A DNA stretch of 64,000 nucleotides from a virus: the IMG/VR virus record IMGVR_UViG_3300025697_000021, positions 4,127 to 68,126 of that record; one strand, written 5' to 3'. The notes below the pieces were generated by a model that ran no database searches, was not told the origin of the DNA, and was given only the letters and a program-made list of their open reading frames with translations. Of the stretch, positions 42,759 through 52,572 are shown piece after piece. Position numbers and translations under genes: made by a program. Numbering within the stretch: the stretch's first letter is position 1; each line of letters opens with the position of its first letter.

Positions 42759-44963
42759 TTATTTCTTGTCTCCCCAACAATGAACAATTTCAGTGTCAGT
42801 CACCAGAGGTACTCGGAATTGAGTAATCTCTTGTAGTTGTCTTACCATACAATCTTCCATTATCTTCTCCGCTTGTTCCAGGTCTTTCTTATGGGTGTAG
42901 CACCCGATCTCATCATGGATGTACAAAACCGGCCTAGAGTCTAATTTAGCCTTCTTCAACTCATTCGTAACGTTGATCAATGCTAACGAACTCATATCCG
43001 CCGCAGATCCCTGAACAATGGAGTTCACGGACTGTCTCATCGCCTTAGCCTTGATGCTCTTAAGGTACTTGATTTCAGAATTAATAAAACAGCTTATTAG
43101 GTGCGGGCAGTCACAGCACTTGTAGTGATCATACCTTTTCCATAGTTTAATGTTCTGTTTAAGATTTGCCGCTGGAATCGTATACATGTGCTCATTCGAT
43201 ATACCGACATCTTTGGGAGCTACGCATTTGCGGTAGCATTCTGGACGACCCTCTTGCTCTGGCCATCTCATCCCCTTAGGAATTTGTAGTTGAGCCTTAG
43301 GTAGGTGGCGGATTCGATTGAAGATGTTCCGCACCTGCCCCGTGTTGGCTGCTAGCTCATGTGTGTCATCTATCCACGCTTTCAAGGTAGGAGCTGCCCC
43401 AAAGTACTCTACATTCACTAGGTGGGTAGCCTCTTCCATAGTCATGCCTAAGGTTTCGGATAGGCTCCAAATCGATTCCCCATAAATAATACCAAAGTTA
43501 ATAGTCTTAGCAGCAGATCTCTTATCCTTAAACAATTCCTTAACTTCTCCCACTGTACATGGCAAATTCCAAAGATGGTGAGCCGTTGCTGCATGCATAT
43601 CGTCCCCCCTAATGAAGCCATTTATCCAAGCGGGCTCTCCCGAGATATGGGCAGCTACCCTTAGCTCAATCTGGGAAAAATCCTTAAACATAAACACATA
43701 ATCTTCCTCACACTCCCACATCCCTTTAACAATATCTCCCCCGTTCTCTGGACGGGGGAGATTGGTCAGATTCGGGTCAGAACATTTCAAACGTCCTGTT
43801 TTAGAGTCTTGTCGAATATCTGGATGGACCCAACCGATTTTACCATCTGAGGTATAGTCGGCTACCAGTGCCAAAGCTGATTTAGCGTAGGTAGATCCAA
43901 TCTTCTGCGCCTTCCTGTATCTCATAAGGGGTTCAATGACCGGGTGCTCTAACTTACCCAACGCATCCGCATCCACCACCCATCCACCCATCTTATTGTG
44001 CACACCTCCAGGAAGCTGTAAATCCTCAAATAAGATCCTACCTACTTGAGCACCTGAAGATATTAAAAACTCCTTACCCACAATCTGATGAATAATAGGG
44101 GTTAGCTCGTCCATAATGGCCTGCTGATCAATGTCTACCTTCTTCGCCTTCTCGATGTTTAGTGGGCATCCAAAAAGCTCCATGTGCATTAGGGTCCTAG
44201 ATAACGGCATAACGATCTTATGATATGTCTGAGTCAGGCCCTCTTCCTCTAAAATAGGAGTAAGAACGCATTTCAAGCTAAGGCATAAATCGGCATCTGC
44301 ACAGCCATATGGATATAAGGTGCTCAGAGGTACTTTGTGGTATCTTCTAAAATCCTTATCGTAATAGTTCAGTGCTGCATCCAAATCGCCCTTAAATATG
44401 CTAGCTGAGGTGTCTAAGTAGTAATCTGCCATGCCTAGTCGATTCACTTCCCCCTTTAAGTTAAATTTGGACTTCAACGCATGAAAGCAGTTATTGTTCT
44501 CCTCGTCCAGGAGCGTATTCATAAGCATCGTACAATATTTCATGTTCCGGACCTTAATGCCCAAGAGTTTGAAAGACTCCGATGTGTCGAACTTGCTATT
44601 ATGCGCTATCTTTGGAATTGGGGTCTCTAGAATTTTCTTGAGGGCATTAGTAACGTGAGCTTGCTTGTCTCGCCAGTAAGGGCTCTCATCCTTGTTAATT
44701 AGGGGTACATAGCATGCCATTCCGGGAGTCCACGGAAAGGTAACTTCCTCCCTACCCCAAGCAAAGCCGATTCCCGCAATCATGATTTCTTTTTCTTTTT
44801 TGTATGCTTGTATCTTCTTCTTGCTCTTAACGGTTGGGTGAGTCGTCTCCAGATCGTAGGCAAACTCTTTCGAAGCTGCTAATTGAGTCAAAACCCAAGC
44901 TAATTTCCTTGGACTATCTATTAAAAAATAAGTCGGTGGAACTACGAGATCAGTATAAAACAT
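42759..44963 (-). CDS. family A DNA polymerase (3'-5' exo + polymerase, no 5'-3' exo)
   Basis: DLET, HNSKFD, YGCADA; TGRL...PNL; DFSQIELR; RSAAKTINFGIIYG; IHDE. Confidence 0.95.
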   Translation of the reverse strand: MFYTDLVVPPTYFLIDSPRKLAWVLTQLAASKEFAYDLETTHPTVKSKKKIQAYKKEKEIMIAGIGFAWGREEVTFPWTPGMACYVPLINKDESPYWRDKQAHVTNALKKILETPIPKIAHNSKFDTSESFKLLGIKVRNMKYCTMLMNTLLDEENNNCFHALKSKFNLKGEVNRLGMADYYLDTSASIFKGDLDAALNYYDKDFRRYHKVPLSTLYPYGCADADLCLSLKCVLTPILEEEGLTQTYHKIVMPLSRTLMHMELFGCPLNIEKAKKVDIDQQAIMDELTPIIHQIVGKEFLISSGAQVGRILFEDLQLPGGVHNKMGGWVVDADALGKLEHPVIEPLMRYRKAQKIGSTYAKSALALVADYTSDGKIGWVHPDIRQDSKTGRLKCSDPNLTNLPRPENGGDIVKGMWECEEDYVFMFKDFSQIELRVAAHISGEPAWINGFIRGDDMHAATAHHLWNLPCTVGEVKELFKDKRSAAKTINFGIIYGESIWSLSETLGMTMEEATHLVNVEYFGAAPTLKAWIDDTHELAANTGQVRNIFNRIRHLPKAQLQIPKGMRWPEQEGRPECYRKCVAPKDVGISNEHMYTIPAANLKQNIKLWKRYDHYKCCDCPHLISCFINSEIKYLKSIKAKAMRQSVNSIVQGSAADMSSLALINVTNELKKAKLDSRPVLYIHDEIGCYTHKKDLEQAEKIMEDCMVRQLQEITQFRVPLVTDTEIVHCWGDKK

Positions 44964-44988
44964 TAAGCCTCCTAATGATGCCTATAAT

Positions 44989-45017
44989 AATTTACTGTAA
45001 AATGGTGGGAATGTCAA
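44989..45017 (-). promoter_or_regulatory. sigma70-type promoter
   Basis: TTGACA-N17-TAAATT then SD AGGAGG. Confidence 0.75.
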
Positions 45018-45022
45018 GGGAA

Positions 45023-45289
45023 TTAAGCTTTATCTCTGATATTTCTATGTTGAATAGAGATCCACTCCATCGCGTTGGCTAGGGCAATTATGTTGTCTCT
45101 CATATCTCTTTGCTGGCAGTAAGGCCCCCTTCCAACATCATCTCCGCTGATGTTGAACTCTCTGGAGGTCCTATAGTCAAAATATGTCTTATTAGTCCTT
45201 GCATCAACTTTTTTATAGATCTCAAGAATAACACTACCAGACACTACTTCATGAACCTTTACTCTATTATCTTTAAATGCTTCAGCCAT
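45023..45289 (-). CDS. hypothetical protein
   Basis: SD AGGAG. Confidence 0.6.
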   Translation of the reverse strand: MAEAFKDNRVKVHEVVSGSVILEIYKKVDARTNKTYFDYRTSREFNISGDDVGRGPYCQQRDMRDNIIALANAMEWISIQHRNIRDKA

Positions 45290-45297
45290 AATAACTC

Positions 45298-45978
45298 CTA
45301 AAGAGCAGCCTTTCGGCCCCTCTTACCTTTTCTATCAGCCATAAACGCAGCCAAAACGTCTTTATTGATTTTTTTACGTTTACGAGGGCCTACCTCACGA
45401 TATTCCAATTGCCCACCTTTCACATAATTGTATATGTTGCTATAAGTACAACCATAGTGATCCGCCGCCTGTTTAACAGATAACAAGTCTCCGGTGAGCC
45501 CTACCTCTTCAATTTCCTCTACAACCTCCTCTTCCTGCTCTTCCTCCACCTCTACAACACACGGCTCCAACTCTGCTTCACAATCGAACTCAATCTCCTC
45601 CATACTGAATTTCTTAGTTACCTCGTTGTACAAGCCCTCCCTATTTAGAACATACAAATTATTGTGAAGAGCCTCTTCCAGCAATTCGCCCCCGATACCC
45701 AATCTCCATGCAAAAACTGCAAGACAGAAATGCTGAAAGTCACATGAATGCTTACAAGGTCGCCCTGGAACATGTCGACAACTTGTGCATTCATGGCCAC
45801 CTAAAAGTTTAGCTCTTGAATTACAATCATGATACTGAAGACTCGGATGAGAGAAGCACTCCCACTCGAGAAACTCCTCAGGGTCCCACTCCTCCGAAGA
45901 TGTCTTAATTTTATAGTACTTACACAACTCTTTTAACATTTCCGCGTCTAAAACTCTTTTCGGCAATAGTTTAGCCAT
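45298..45978 (-). CDS. Cys-rich protein with C-terminal excisionase-type HTH
   Basis: LLSVKQAADHYGCTYSNIYNYVKGGQL; N-terminal Cys cluster. Confidence 0.7.
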   Translation of the reverse strand: MAKLLPKRVLDAEMLKELCKYYKIKTSSEEWDPEEFLEWECFSHPSLQYHDCNSRAKLLGGHECTSCRHVPGRPCKHSCDFQHFCLAVFAWRLGIGGELLEEALHNNLYVLNREGLYNEVTKKFSMEEIEFDCEAELEPCVVEVEEEQEEEVVEEIEEVGLTGDLLSVKQAADHYGCTYSNIYNYVKGGQLEYREVGPRKRKKINKDVLAAFMADRKGKRGRKAAL

Positions 45979-45981
45979 TTT

Positions 45982-47106
45982 TCACCTCGATGATTTCAAT
46001 AAAATAGAAACAACTGATCCCTCGTCATTCGATAAAGCTACAAATGACGTACTAAAGTCACATAAGGACACTCGGTCCTCAAACATACCCAATAATCCTA
46101 ACAATGTCTTTTTTTGAACTTGAAAGACCTCTACTGCCTCAGTTCCAGAGCTTAAAATATCCTCTTGGACTTCTACCCCCGTATGAGACTTTCCAGAGAT
46201 ACGCCATACCAAATCCTCGCCTGAGATACCTACCGTTTCTAGTGAGGCCCAATGCTCGGTATCTCCTAAAGAAGTTGATACCAACTCCACTGCCCCAACT
46301 AAAGAATCCTTCAAAAAACTATACTTACAAGCGTCTTCCGGTATCAAAGAAGCGCCTGTACCGAACTTCCAAGCATCTAGGTATTCCAGAGGATAAGGAT
46401 CGTGCATTAGCGCAAAATAGACTACTGTCCCATTCTTAAGCAAAAATACAGAATGAGATCTTCCGAATGCAATAGATTTGATCTCCCTTTTAAAGGTTTT
46501 AGCCGCTTTCGCAAACTCATCCGAGACGACCACTCGGTATGGTGTCTGAAAGATGGGTGGCGTCGTAGATAGGAAAAGAGACCGGGCCGTAAACTTACAA
46601 ATCCTGAGCTGGTCCTTATTGTCAAACAAAACCCCAGTAAATTTCTTATCCAAGCCCTTCTTATCCTCATCAACCATTGTGCAATAAGCTAACTTACTCG
46701 AAATCTCTTTAACTACTAACTCATCATCAATCACCGAAAGCAGCTCTGGAGCCTTAGACCTAGATCTTGGACTGGAAATGGGCAATTGCGCTTTAATATT
46801 GTCCAGCCGGATCTCTACCTTGGATTTTAGAATTCTAAACCGTACCGACCCCTCGTACATCTTCTTAAAGAGGCTGATAAACCGCTCCCTGTTAAAACCA
46901 GCAGAAAAATCCTCTACCTCGGAGGCTCTTACTGGAAGAGTCACAAATGCAGTAGACACAGATCCTTCCGTATAAAGATCAACAGATCCCTTTTCGTGCC
47001 GCAGATAAACAAAAGCCGCATCCTTTATATGAGACGCTGCCTTACAAAATTCCGAAATTATATCAAAATCGATAAAAACTTCATTCTTTTTTACTTTTGT
47101 ACTCAT
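45982..47106 (-). CDS. divergent DNA polymerase III beta sliding-clamp-like protein
   Basis: 374 aa; FTGVLF...LRI, DPYP.EY, LVGAVELVS, KTLLGLL align with the DnaN pattern; DnaX in the same block. Confidence 0.6.
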   Translation of the reverse strand: MSTKVKKNEVFIDFDIISEFCKAASHIKDAAFVYLRHEKGSVDLYTEGSVSTAFVTLPVRASEVEDFSAGFNRERFISLFKKMYEGSVRFRILKSKVEIRLDNIKAQLPISSPRSRSKAPELLSVIDDELVVKEISSKLAYCTMVDEDKKGLDKKFTGVLFDNKDQLRICKFTARSLFLSTTPPIFQTPYRVVVSDEFAKAAKTFKREIKSIAFGRSHSVFLLKNGTVVYFALMHDPYPLEYLDAWKFGTGASLIPEDACKYSFLKDSLVGAVELVSTSLGDTEHWASLETVGISGEDLVWRISGKSHTGVEVQEDILSSGTEAVEVFQVQKKTLLGLLGMFEDRVSLCDFSTSFVALSNDEGSVVSILLKSSR

Positions 47107-47107
47107 G

Positions 47108-48148
47108 TTATATCACTGATGTCCTCAAATGCACGGGTGTTCGGTACTTAAGGTATTCAATGCTAACGTCAGATTTGTAAGCATAAAAACCATTTTTTAT
47201 AGCGGGATCCAGCTCATTCAAATAAATAGTACCATCATCTACCTCTATGCCATCTGTTCCCACGTAATAGCACTCTCCTTTGTGCAGTGCATAGGGACAA
47301 TAAGCACTTTTTTCACATTTGTCAAGGACTTTATCCAATTGAAGCAAAACTTCTCTCTTAGCGTATTTTACTTGCCGCATAGTCAGCCCAGTAATTCTCC
47401 TCAAATCCCTATCGGATAGTTGAGGACTTTCTTGAAGAGCCTCATACGCTTTTACAGCTTCTTGAGATAAACCCTTCCTCAAATACTTGTCCAACCAACT
47501 AGCAGTGGCGTAATCCTCTTGGTTGTAGTCTTTCGTGGAAATAATGTCTCCCAGGCAAAACATGTCCGATGAATCGGTATTCACCGGACTATCTAGAGAT
47601 ACTTCCGAAATCTTAGCCAATTTCTTAACTTCAATCCTTTTATAAGGAGCGTCAAAGGCATTTCCTCGAGTCTTGACCAGTTTCGTCTCAGTACCGGTTA
47701 CTGTGTAACCATTTTTCTGAGTAAAGTTATTCCTAAGCAGCAATTGAGCAGTTTGTTGGATATTGTGATAAACCAAAGAGCACAAGCTCGCCTTGTCCAC
47801 ATACTCTACATCTATTTCTGGAATAACAAAATCCTTCTTATTTGCAAGCTTAGAAAACTCCGGAGTTACCAGTCTCAAATTCTCCTCGTCACAATCTATC
47901 AAATCGTATAGACTCCCATTATGCCGGTACTGTACTGAGTCATACGTAGTACCCATACGCACTATAGATACCAGAAGATCGGCTATTACATCCTCTTCAG
48001 GCTGCTTAAGAATAGTTGAAAGCCTTTTAGTAGTACTTATTAGCAGAGCCTTCCATTTTTTAATTGCCGCTGCTACTTCTATATCAGTAGTCTCACTATT
48101 AACAATAGAATTAACGTAGATTGAGAGTTCTTCATACGTGCTATTCAA
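47108..48148 (-). CDS. phage sigma70-family sigma factor
   Basis: Region 2-like EDVIADLLVSI...YD and ASLCSLVY..I...LR, region 3 SLDSPV...LGDII, region 4 LS...SDRDL...GLT..QV; TTG start. Confidence 0.6.
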   Translation of the reverse strand: MNSTYEELSIYVNSIVNSETTDIEVAAAIKKWKALLISTTKRLSTILKQPEEDVIADLLVSIVRMGTTYDSVQYRHNGSLYDLIDCDEENLRLVTPEFSKLANKKDFVIPEIDVEYVDKASLCSLVYHNIQQTAQLLLRNNFTQKNGYTVTGTETKLVKTRGNAFDAPYKRIEVKKLAKISEVSLDSPVNTDSSDMFCLGDIISTKDYNQEDYATASWLDKYLRKGLSQEAVKAYEALQESPQLSDRDLRRITGLTMRQVKYAKREVLLQLDKVLDKCEKSAYCPYALHKGECYYVGTDGIEVDDGTIYLNELDPAIKNGFYAYKSDVSIEYLKYRTPVHLRTSVI

Positions 48149-49061
48149 GGCTCTTCCTCCAAACTTCGTGCAATCTCTCTAATGTGAGAGATCCGGGATC
48201 CTCTTTACCGAATAGTTCAACATATAGCGGATCAAGACCACATGCGAAGAGTTCATCGTGTAGTTTCCTAGCAGCTATCTGAGCGTCTGCATCCAAACAT
48301 ACAACAGGGCGTAAACCAATATACTTACAGAGCTTTATGATTTTATTCATCTGAGAAGGTGACGCTTCCTTAGTGTTCAAGCCTACGGCTTGGAGACCAT
48401 AGGTGTGAAGCTTCCATACGTCGCTGGCACCCTCTACAATCCATAAACAAGAAGATACGGAGGTCACCGCATGACCTCCGTAAAGAAGGTGCTGAATAGG
48501 GCTCCCTGCCGGGTTGCACCAACGCTTGAATGTGTCGGGCGCTAGGAATCTGAGCTGAAAAGTCTTGTAAGAGCCGTCTGTGTCCCAAACTGGGCATATG
48601 ATAGAACCTGCCATTTGTAGTTTACCCAAATACCCAGATTTTACATATTTCAATCCATAAGTGTCTATCGTATTCTGATTAATTCCTCTATCCACCAAAT
48701 ATTGAACATTTCCTATAGGGTCCAGATTCTCATCCCCTGGGAAGTCATTTATCTGCAGGCCTTTTACAACATTGCCTTTTTTATCGAAAAGGTCGTTTAT
48801 ATTGAAATCTGTAGAGGTGCTTTTTAGGTCTTCCCAGACTTCTCTCCAGGAATCGATGTTCTCGAGTAGTTTGTACAGGAGTGGAAAAGTACCCCGGACC
48901 GAGCACGATTGCGACCCACATATAAAAAAGCCTTCATCCAGATCAACAGAGAAGGAGGGGCGGCTGTCATCATGGAACGGGCAATGAGTATGAATTTTAT
49001 TAGAAGAATTAGGAGTAGCTTCAGGAAATTTACTTAATATGTAGTCCCTCTTGTCGATCAT
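48141..49061 (-). CDS. dnaG: DNA primase (CHC2 zinc finger + TOPRIM)
   Basis: CPFHDDSRPSFSV...C...C, YLVDRGI, IVEGASD, LDAD, KEDPG. Confidence 0.9.
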   Translation of the reverse strand: MIDKRDYILSKFPEATPNSSNKIHTHCPFHDDSRPSFSVDLDEGFFICGSQSCSVRGTFPLLYKLLENIDSWREVWEDLKSTSTDFNINDLFDKKGNVVKGLQINDFPGDENLDPIGNVQYLVDRGINQNTIDTYGLKYVKSGYLGKLQMAGSIICPVWDTDGSYKTFQLRFLAPDTFKRWCNPAGSPIQHLLYGGHAVTSVSSCLWIVEGASDVWKLHTYGLQAVGLNTKEASPSQMNKIIKLCKYIGLRPVVCLDADAQIAARKLHDELFACGLDPLYVELFGKEDPGSLTLERLHEVWRKSLE

Positions 49062-49067
49062 ATGACT

Positions 49068-49096
49068 AATATATCAGAGGAAACTTTACTTGTCAA
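49068..49096 (-). promoter_or_regulatory. sigma70-type promoter, leaderless transcript
   Basis: TTGACA-N17-TATATT-N6-ATG; no SD. Confidence 0.7.
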
Positions 49097-49136
49097 TAGA
49101 AAAGATTAGAATTATTCTACTAAATTTCCATATCGA

Positions 49137-49397
49137 TCATACCTCAACCAAGGCGTCTCTACTCGATAAGCTAAAGTAGAGTACGTACTTAGACTCCTTA
49201 CATTTAGGGCATATTTTCTTAGTCTCCCTAAAAACAGGATCTGATATATCTACATGAATAGGCTTGCGTCTTGCGTATTCATACGCCTTCTTACAATCTT
49301 TACAATTATACATTAAGCCATCTGGTGCTTGGTTACTCTTATAAAAGCCCGAAAGAGGTTTAGTTATCTTGCACTTTGTACACACTTTAGTACTCAT
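49137..49397 (-). CDS. truncated homing-endonuclease-type zinc-finger protein
   Basis: KVCTKCKITKPLSGFY...DGL..NCKDC, second finger KICPKCKESK cut short. Confidence 0.55.
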   Translation of the reverse strand: MSTKVCTKCKITKPLSGFYKSNQAPDGLMYNCKDCKKAYEYARRKPIHVDISDPVFRETKKICPKCKESKYVLYFSLSSRDALVEV

Positions 49398-49417
49398 CTC
49401 AAATAAGACCACCTTCC

Positions 49418-50752
49418 CTAACAAGTATCATTACGCTTTGCTATTTCCCACAAATACGAAACATCTCTAGTAATCATCATTTTAGAAAAATCAGTATTTA
49501 CTACAACCTCTGGATTAGTTATCTCTGACTCACGTGAAAACATAGGAGATAAAACCATAAGCCCCTCAGCTTTCTCTTCTGGGGTTTGGTTAAGGGCAAT
49601 CGATAAATTCACGCCCTGCGATATATCTATACTCTTGCCTCGATGTTTTTCAGAAAGACGCTCTGCGGAGACAGACTCCATATTAGATTGAGATGCAGTA
49701 AAAATTGGTACATCAAAAGTATCCGCTAGATGTTTCATATCCCACACTATCTGACCTTGTTGCAGCCTCTCCTCTCTATGTGGTACGTTAGGTGCCACAA
49801 TATTAAGATAATCTATAACTACAACATCAGGAGACCATCCTTGAGCTTTTAAGGTTACTATGTATTCCTCTACCTCCGACAACTTGGTAGATTTAGGCGT
49901 ACACTTCATAATCTTTAATCTAGCATCCCAAGTATTTACACGTTGGAAGAAAACATCCAAATGATCTTTTTCTTCTTGGGTTAAGGCCATTGTTCTAACT
50001 CTATCATAGTTTAGTTGGCCAAAAAGAGCATCATATCGATCACAAGTTAATTCAATAGTATTCTCGTATATCAAGTGTAGGACATTAAAGCCCTGAAGCA
50101 CAGAAGCGAAGCCTATGTGGTTGAGAACTATACTCTTTCCGCGTTTCATGGGCGCGATTACGTCAATTATCGATTTAGATCTAATATCAAATTGTTCATC
50201 CAATCCTTTAATGCCCATCTTGAACACTGGGTTAATATCAGGGTTATCTCGTTCCGAGATACGCCTTTGGGATCTCTCTATGTAATTGCCTGCCCAATCT
50301 ACGATTGGGAAGGCTTCTTCTCTAATTATCTCGTGAGCCTTCTTCTGAGCCTCCATGAGGTCATCTAGCATATAGTCTATCCTACTAGTACGGTCAAAAC
50401 CCTCAAAAGCATTTTTGGTGGTGGCCTTTACTACGGAATACGCAATATAAGTTTTAAATTTCTTCTCAGCATCTTCTGTAAAGGTTAATTCCTTCTGAAA
50501 AAGGTGCCATACTTGGTCACGGAAGAGGAGCCTTTTCTCTTCCTCATCTATATCCTCAGAAAGGAGCTGGTCCGCATATTCCCACTCGAGGGGTTTCCAA
50601 TTGCGAGCCTTTAGCTTCTTCGCAAGCCATTTATAGGCGTCTACTGCAAAATAACCTGGCTCAAGGTGCTCCAAAACTCCGGATTCTAACGTGATCTTAC
50701 GCTTCAGTATCGAGGCTAAGAACTCCGCTTCTACTGCTGCATTAATATGCAC
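49418..50752 (-). CDS. replicative helicase, DnaB/SF4 family
   Basis: APMKRGKS, YENT, VVIDYL, TASQSN, LNQT; GTG start. Confidence 0.85.
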   Translation of the reverse strand: MHINAAVEAEFLASILKRKITLESGVLEHLEPGYFAVDAYKWLAKKLKARNWKPLEWEYADQLLSEDIDEEEKRLLFRDQVWHLFQKELTFTEDAEKKFKTYIAYSVVKATTKNAFEGFDRTSRIDYMLDDLMEAQKKAHEIIREEAFPIVDWAGNYIERSQRRISERDNPDINPVFKMGIKGLDEQFDIRSKSIIDVIAPMKRGKSIVLNHIGFASVLQGFNVLHLIYENTIELTCDRYDALFGQLNYDRVRTMALTQEEKDHLDVFFQRVNTWDARLKIMKCTPKSTKLSEVEEYIVTLKAQGWSPDVVVIDYLNIVAPNVPHREERLQQGQIVWDMKHLADTFDVPIFTASQSNMESVSAERLSEKHRGKSIDISQGVNLSIALNQTPEEKAEGLMVLSPMFSRESEITNPEVVVNTDFSKMMITRDVSYLWEIAKRNDTC

Positions 50753-51166
50753 CTAGACCCTCCAAATCACGGGTTTACCCCACCTAGACGCAGCTTCGAT
50801 CTCAGTAACCATCCCACCGGTCGGCTCTTTAGCATAAACCCAAAGCTCATTACAGCTGAAAAGTAATGATAGGCAGAACGCCATACCTTGCTCCTCTGTA
50901 ACCGAAGACTCAGGACCTTCTGACATTCCGGGAGGAAACGCCAGTATAGGTGCTATAGGTACTATAACCTCATCCCAATACAAAGGAATATAAACAAGCT
51001 TCTTAAGGTAACCCTCAAGGATAGGCATAGCACCCGCGTTCCTTTGCCCAATCTTATTTACTATATTTTCAACCTTCTTAATGTTCTTAGTGGGATCTGC
51101 CCTGTAGGGGTGGCAAATATAAACTCTTTTCATATTTTCATAGCACTGTAGGTCAATCGTATTCAT
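50753..51166 (-). CDS. DUF4406/DUF7768-like NDT-fold protein
   Basis: VYICHPYR...PIAP...LLFSCNELWVY...GMVTEIEAA...GKPV. Confidence 0.7.
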   Translation of the reverse strand: MNTIDLQCYENMKRVYICHPYRADPTKNIKKVENIVNKIGQRNAGAMPILEGYLKKLVYIPLYWDEVIVPIAPILAFPPGMSEGPESSVTEEQGMAFCLSLLFSCNELWVYAKEPTGGMVTEIEAASRWGKPVIWRV

Positions 51167-51175
51167 AAACGCTCC

Positions 51176-51907
51176 TTATATAGGCCAACTCGTAAAATCT
51201 TCAATCAATCGCAAATCTTCCCCGCCACCAACAGACACCTCCCGAATAACCGCTCCCCCTAAATGACCATCTGCCTTAATCTCCAGTAATGAATCCACTT
51301 CCCGTTTATACAGAGTAGATATTGCTCCTGGAGTGTAATTGGAAGTTATGATAGTGGGCATACATCGATCTCTCCTATAATGCAGAACTCTCTGCAATCC
51401 TGAAATCATGTTTGCTCTCTTCCACTCTGCCGCATGATCCTCATTCCCCAAATCATCCAGAACTAGCCAATCGCACTTCCACAGAGAGTCATCATTTTTA
51501 AGCATTTGGGCCATAAAATCCTCAGCATGAATGAAACTATAAGTCCTGCTGGACTTATAGTTCCCCTCTTCAAAAAAATGTCTTGCAATATGGTACATCA
51601 AGTAATGAGCAAGAGTTGTCTTCCCCCTACCACGCTCTTTAGAGAACATATACAAACAGAGCCCTTTATCTTCTGCGATACTAGGATAGTCTTTGAAATA
51701 GTTCACAAACTGCTCACCCTCCTCTATAACAGGAAGTTCATAAGCTTCATTTGTAATAATGTCCAAGGCTTTACGAGTAAAGCCCTTGGACAGAAGCCTA
51801 TTATAGACTCTAAAAACCTTCATACACTCGCACGCTTCTAAGTTATCTAGAAACCCTGATCCCTTGCATACTTCACACGACCCTATTAGATCAGACTTTA
51901 GAGACAT
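51176..51907 (-). CDS. DnaC/IstB-like helicase loader ATPase
   Basis: CEVCKGSG...CEC, GRGKTT, LVLDDLG, IITSN. Confidence 0.8.
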   Translation of the reverse strand: MSLKSDLIGSCEVCKGSGFLDNLEACECMKVFRVYNRLLSKGFTRKALDIITNEAYELPVIEEGEQFVNYFKDYPSIAEDKGLCLYMFSKERGRGKTTLAHYLMYHIARHFFEEGNYKSSRTYSFIHAEDFMAQMLKNDDSLWKCDWLVLDDLGNEDHAAEWKRANMISGLQRVLHYRRDRCMPTIITSNYTPGAISTLYKREVDSLLEIKADGHLGGAVIREVSVGGGEDLRLIEDFTSWPI

Positions 51908-52572
51908 GCATGTACCGCTATTTGAGACCATGTTTCTAGCTCAGACCAGCAATCCCACAATTCTTTTTCTGAGATCCACCCAAGCTTCTTACCTTCTTCT
52001 TTAAGGTCTGTAGCTTGCGCGTGATCGTCAGATACGTTAACAACATATACTGCGCCGAGGTGGACCATATTAACCATGCTACTGTCCTTTCCACCAGCAT
52101 AAAGAAGTGCCTTTGGTACAATACCTAAATCTCCCATTAAGAGCAGTGCGGATGAATACGATTTAGGTAGAGATACTTCCTCTGCGAATTCTCTCCGGGC
52201 TGCCTCTCTAACTATCGTGGCTATGTCTGCTCCGAGGTCAACGGGGTTTATGTGCCCACCTACCCCTACGGACAAACTACCTTTCAGACGGGTCTCTGCG
52301 CCGTCTCTGGAATAGGTAAAATAGCGATCTCCATTCTTGAGTGCAATGTATGGGATAATTTGCTTATATTCTGGGTTAGTTTCCGCCAACCCTCGGGGTA
52401 GGAAGAACGAATGCTTTACGCAATGCTGGAACCAATCCAAATCAGTAGAGTTCTTTGTGAGCCCAAACATCTCCAAACTTTTTGGATATTGGTCCGTCAA
52501 CAAACCAGTAAATCCGTACATAAGCTCTTTTTTAAAGACCAATACCAGCTCGTTTTGCTTCTCGATATACAT
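51898..52572 (-). CDS. NUDIX-family phosphoesterase (COG4112-like)
   Basis: AETNPEYKQIIPY, E.RL...SVGVGGHIN, REFAEEV, VHLG, LETWSQI. Confidence 0.85.
   Translation of the reverse strand: MYIEKQNELVLVFKKELMYGFTGLLTDQYPKSLEMFGLTKNSTDLDWFQHCVKHSFFLPRGLAETNPEYKQIIPYIALKNGDRYFTYSRDGAETRLKGSLSVGVGGHINPVDLGADIATIVREAARREFAEEVSLPKSYSSALLLMGDLGIVPKALLYAGGKDSSMVNMVHLGAVYVVNVSDDHAQATDLKEEGKKLGWISEKELWDCWSELETWSQIAVHACL

Noticed and set aside
43045-43300. Possible mini-intein or intron in the DNA polymerase
   Set aside because: Frame is continuous and there are no intein terminal motifs (C/S/A start block, HN-C/S/T end); treated as a domain insertion
45298-45500. Excisionase-like HTH suggesting a prophage or integrative element
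   Set aside because: No integrase or att-like context; this HTH type is common as a generic DNA-binding domain
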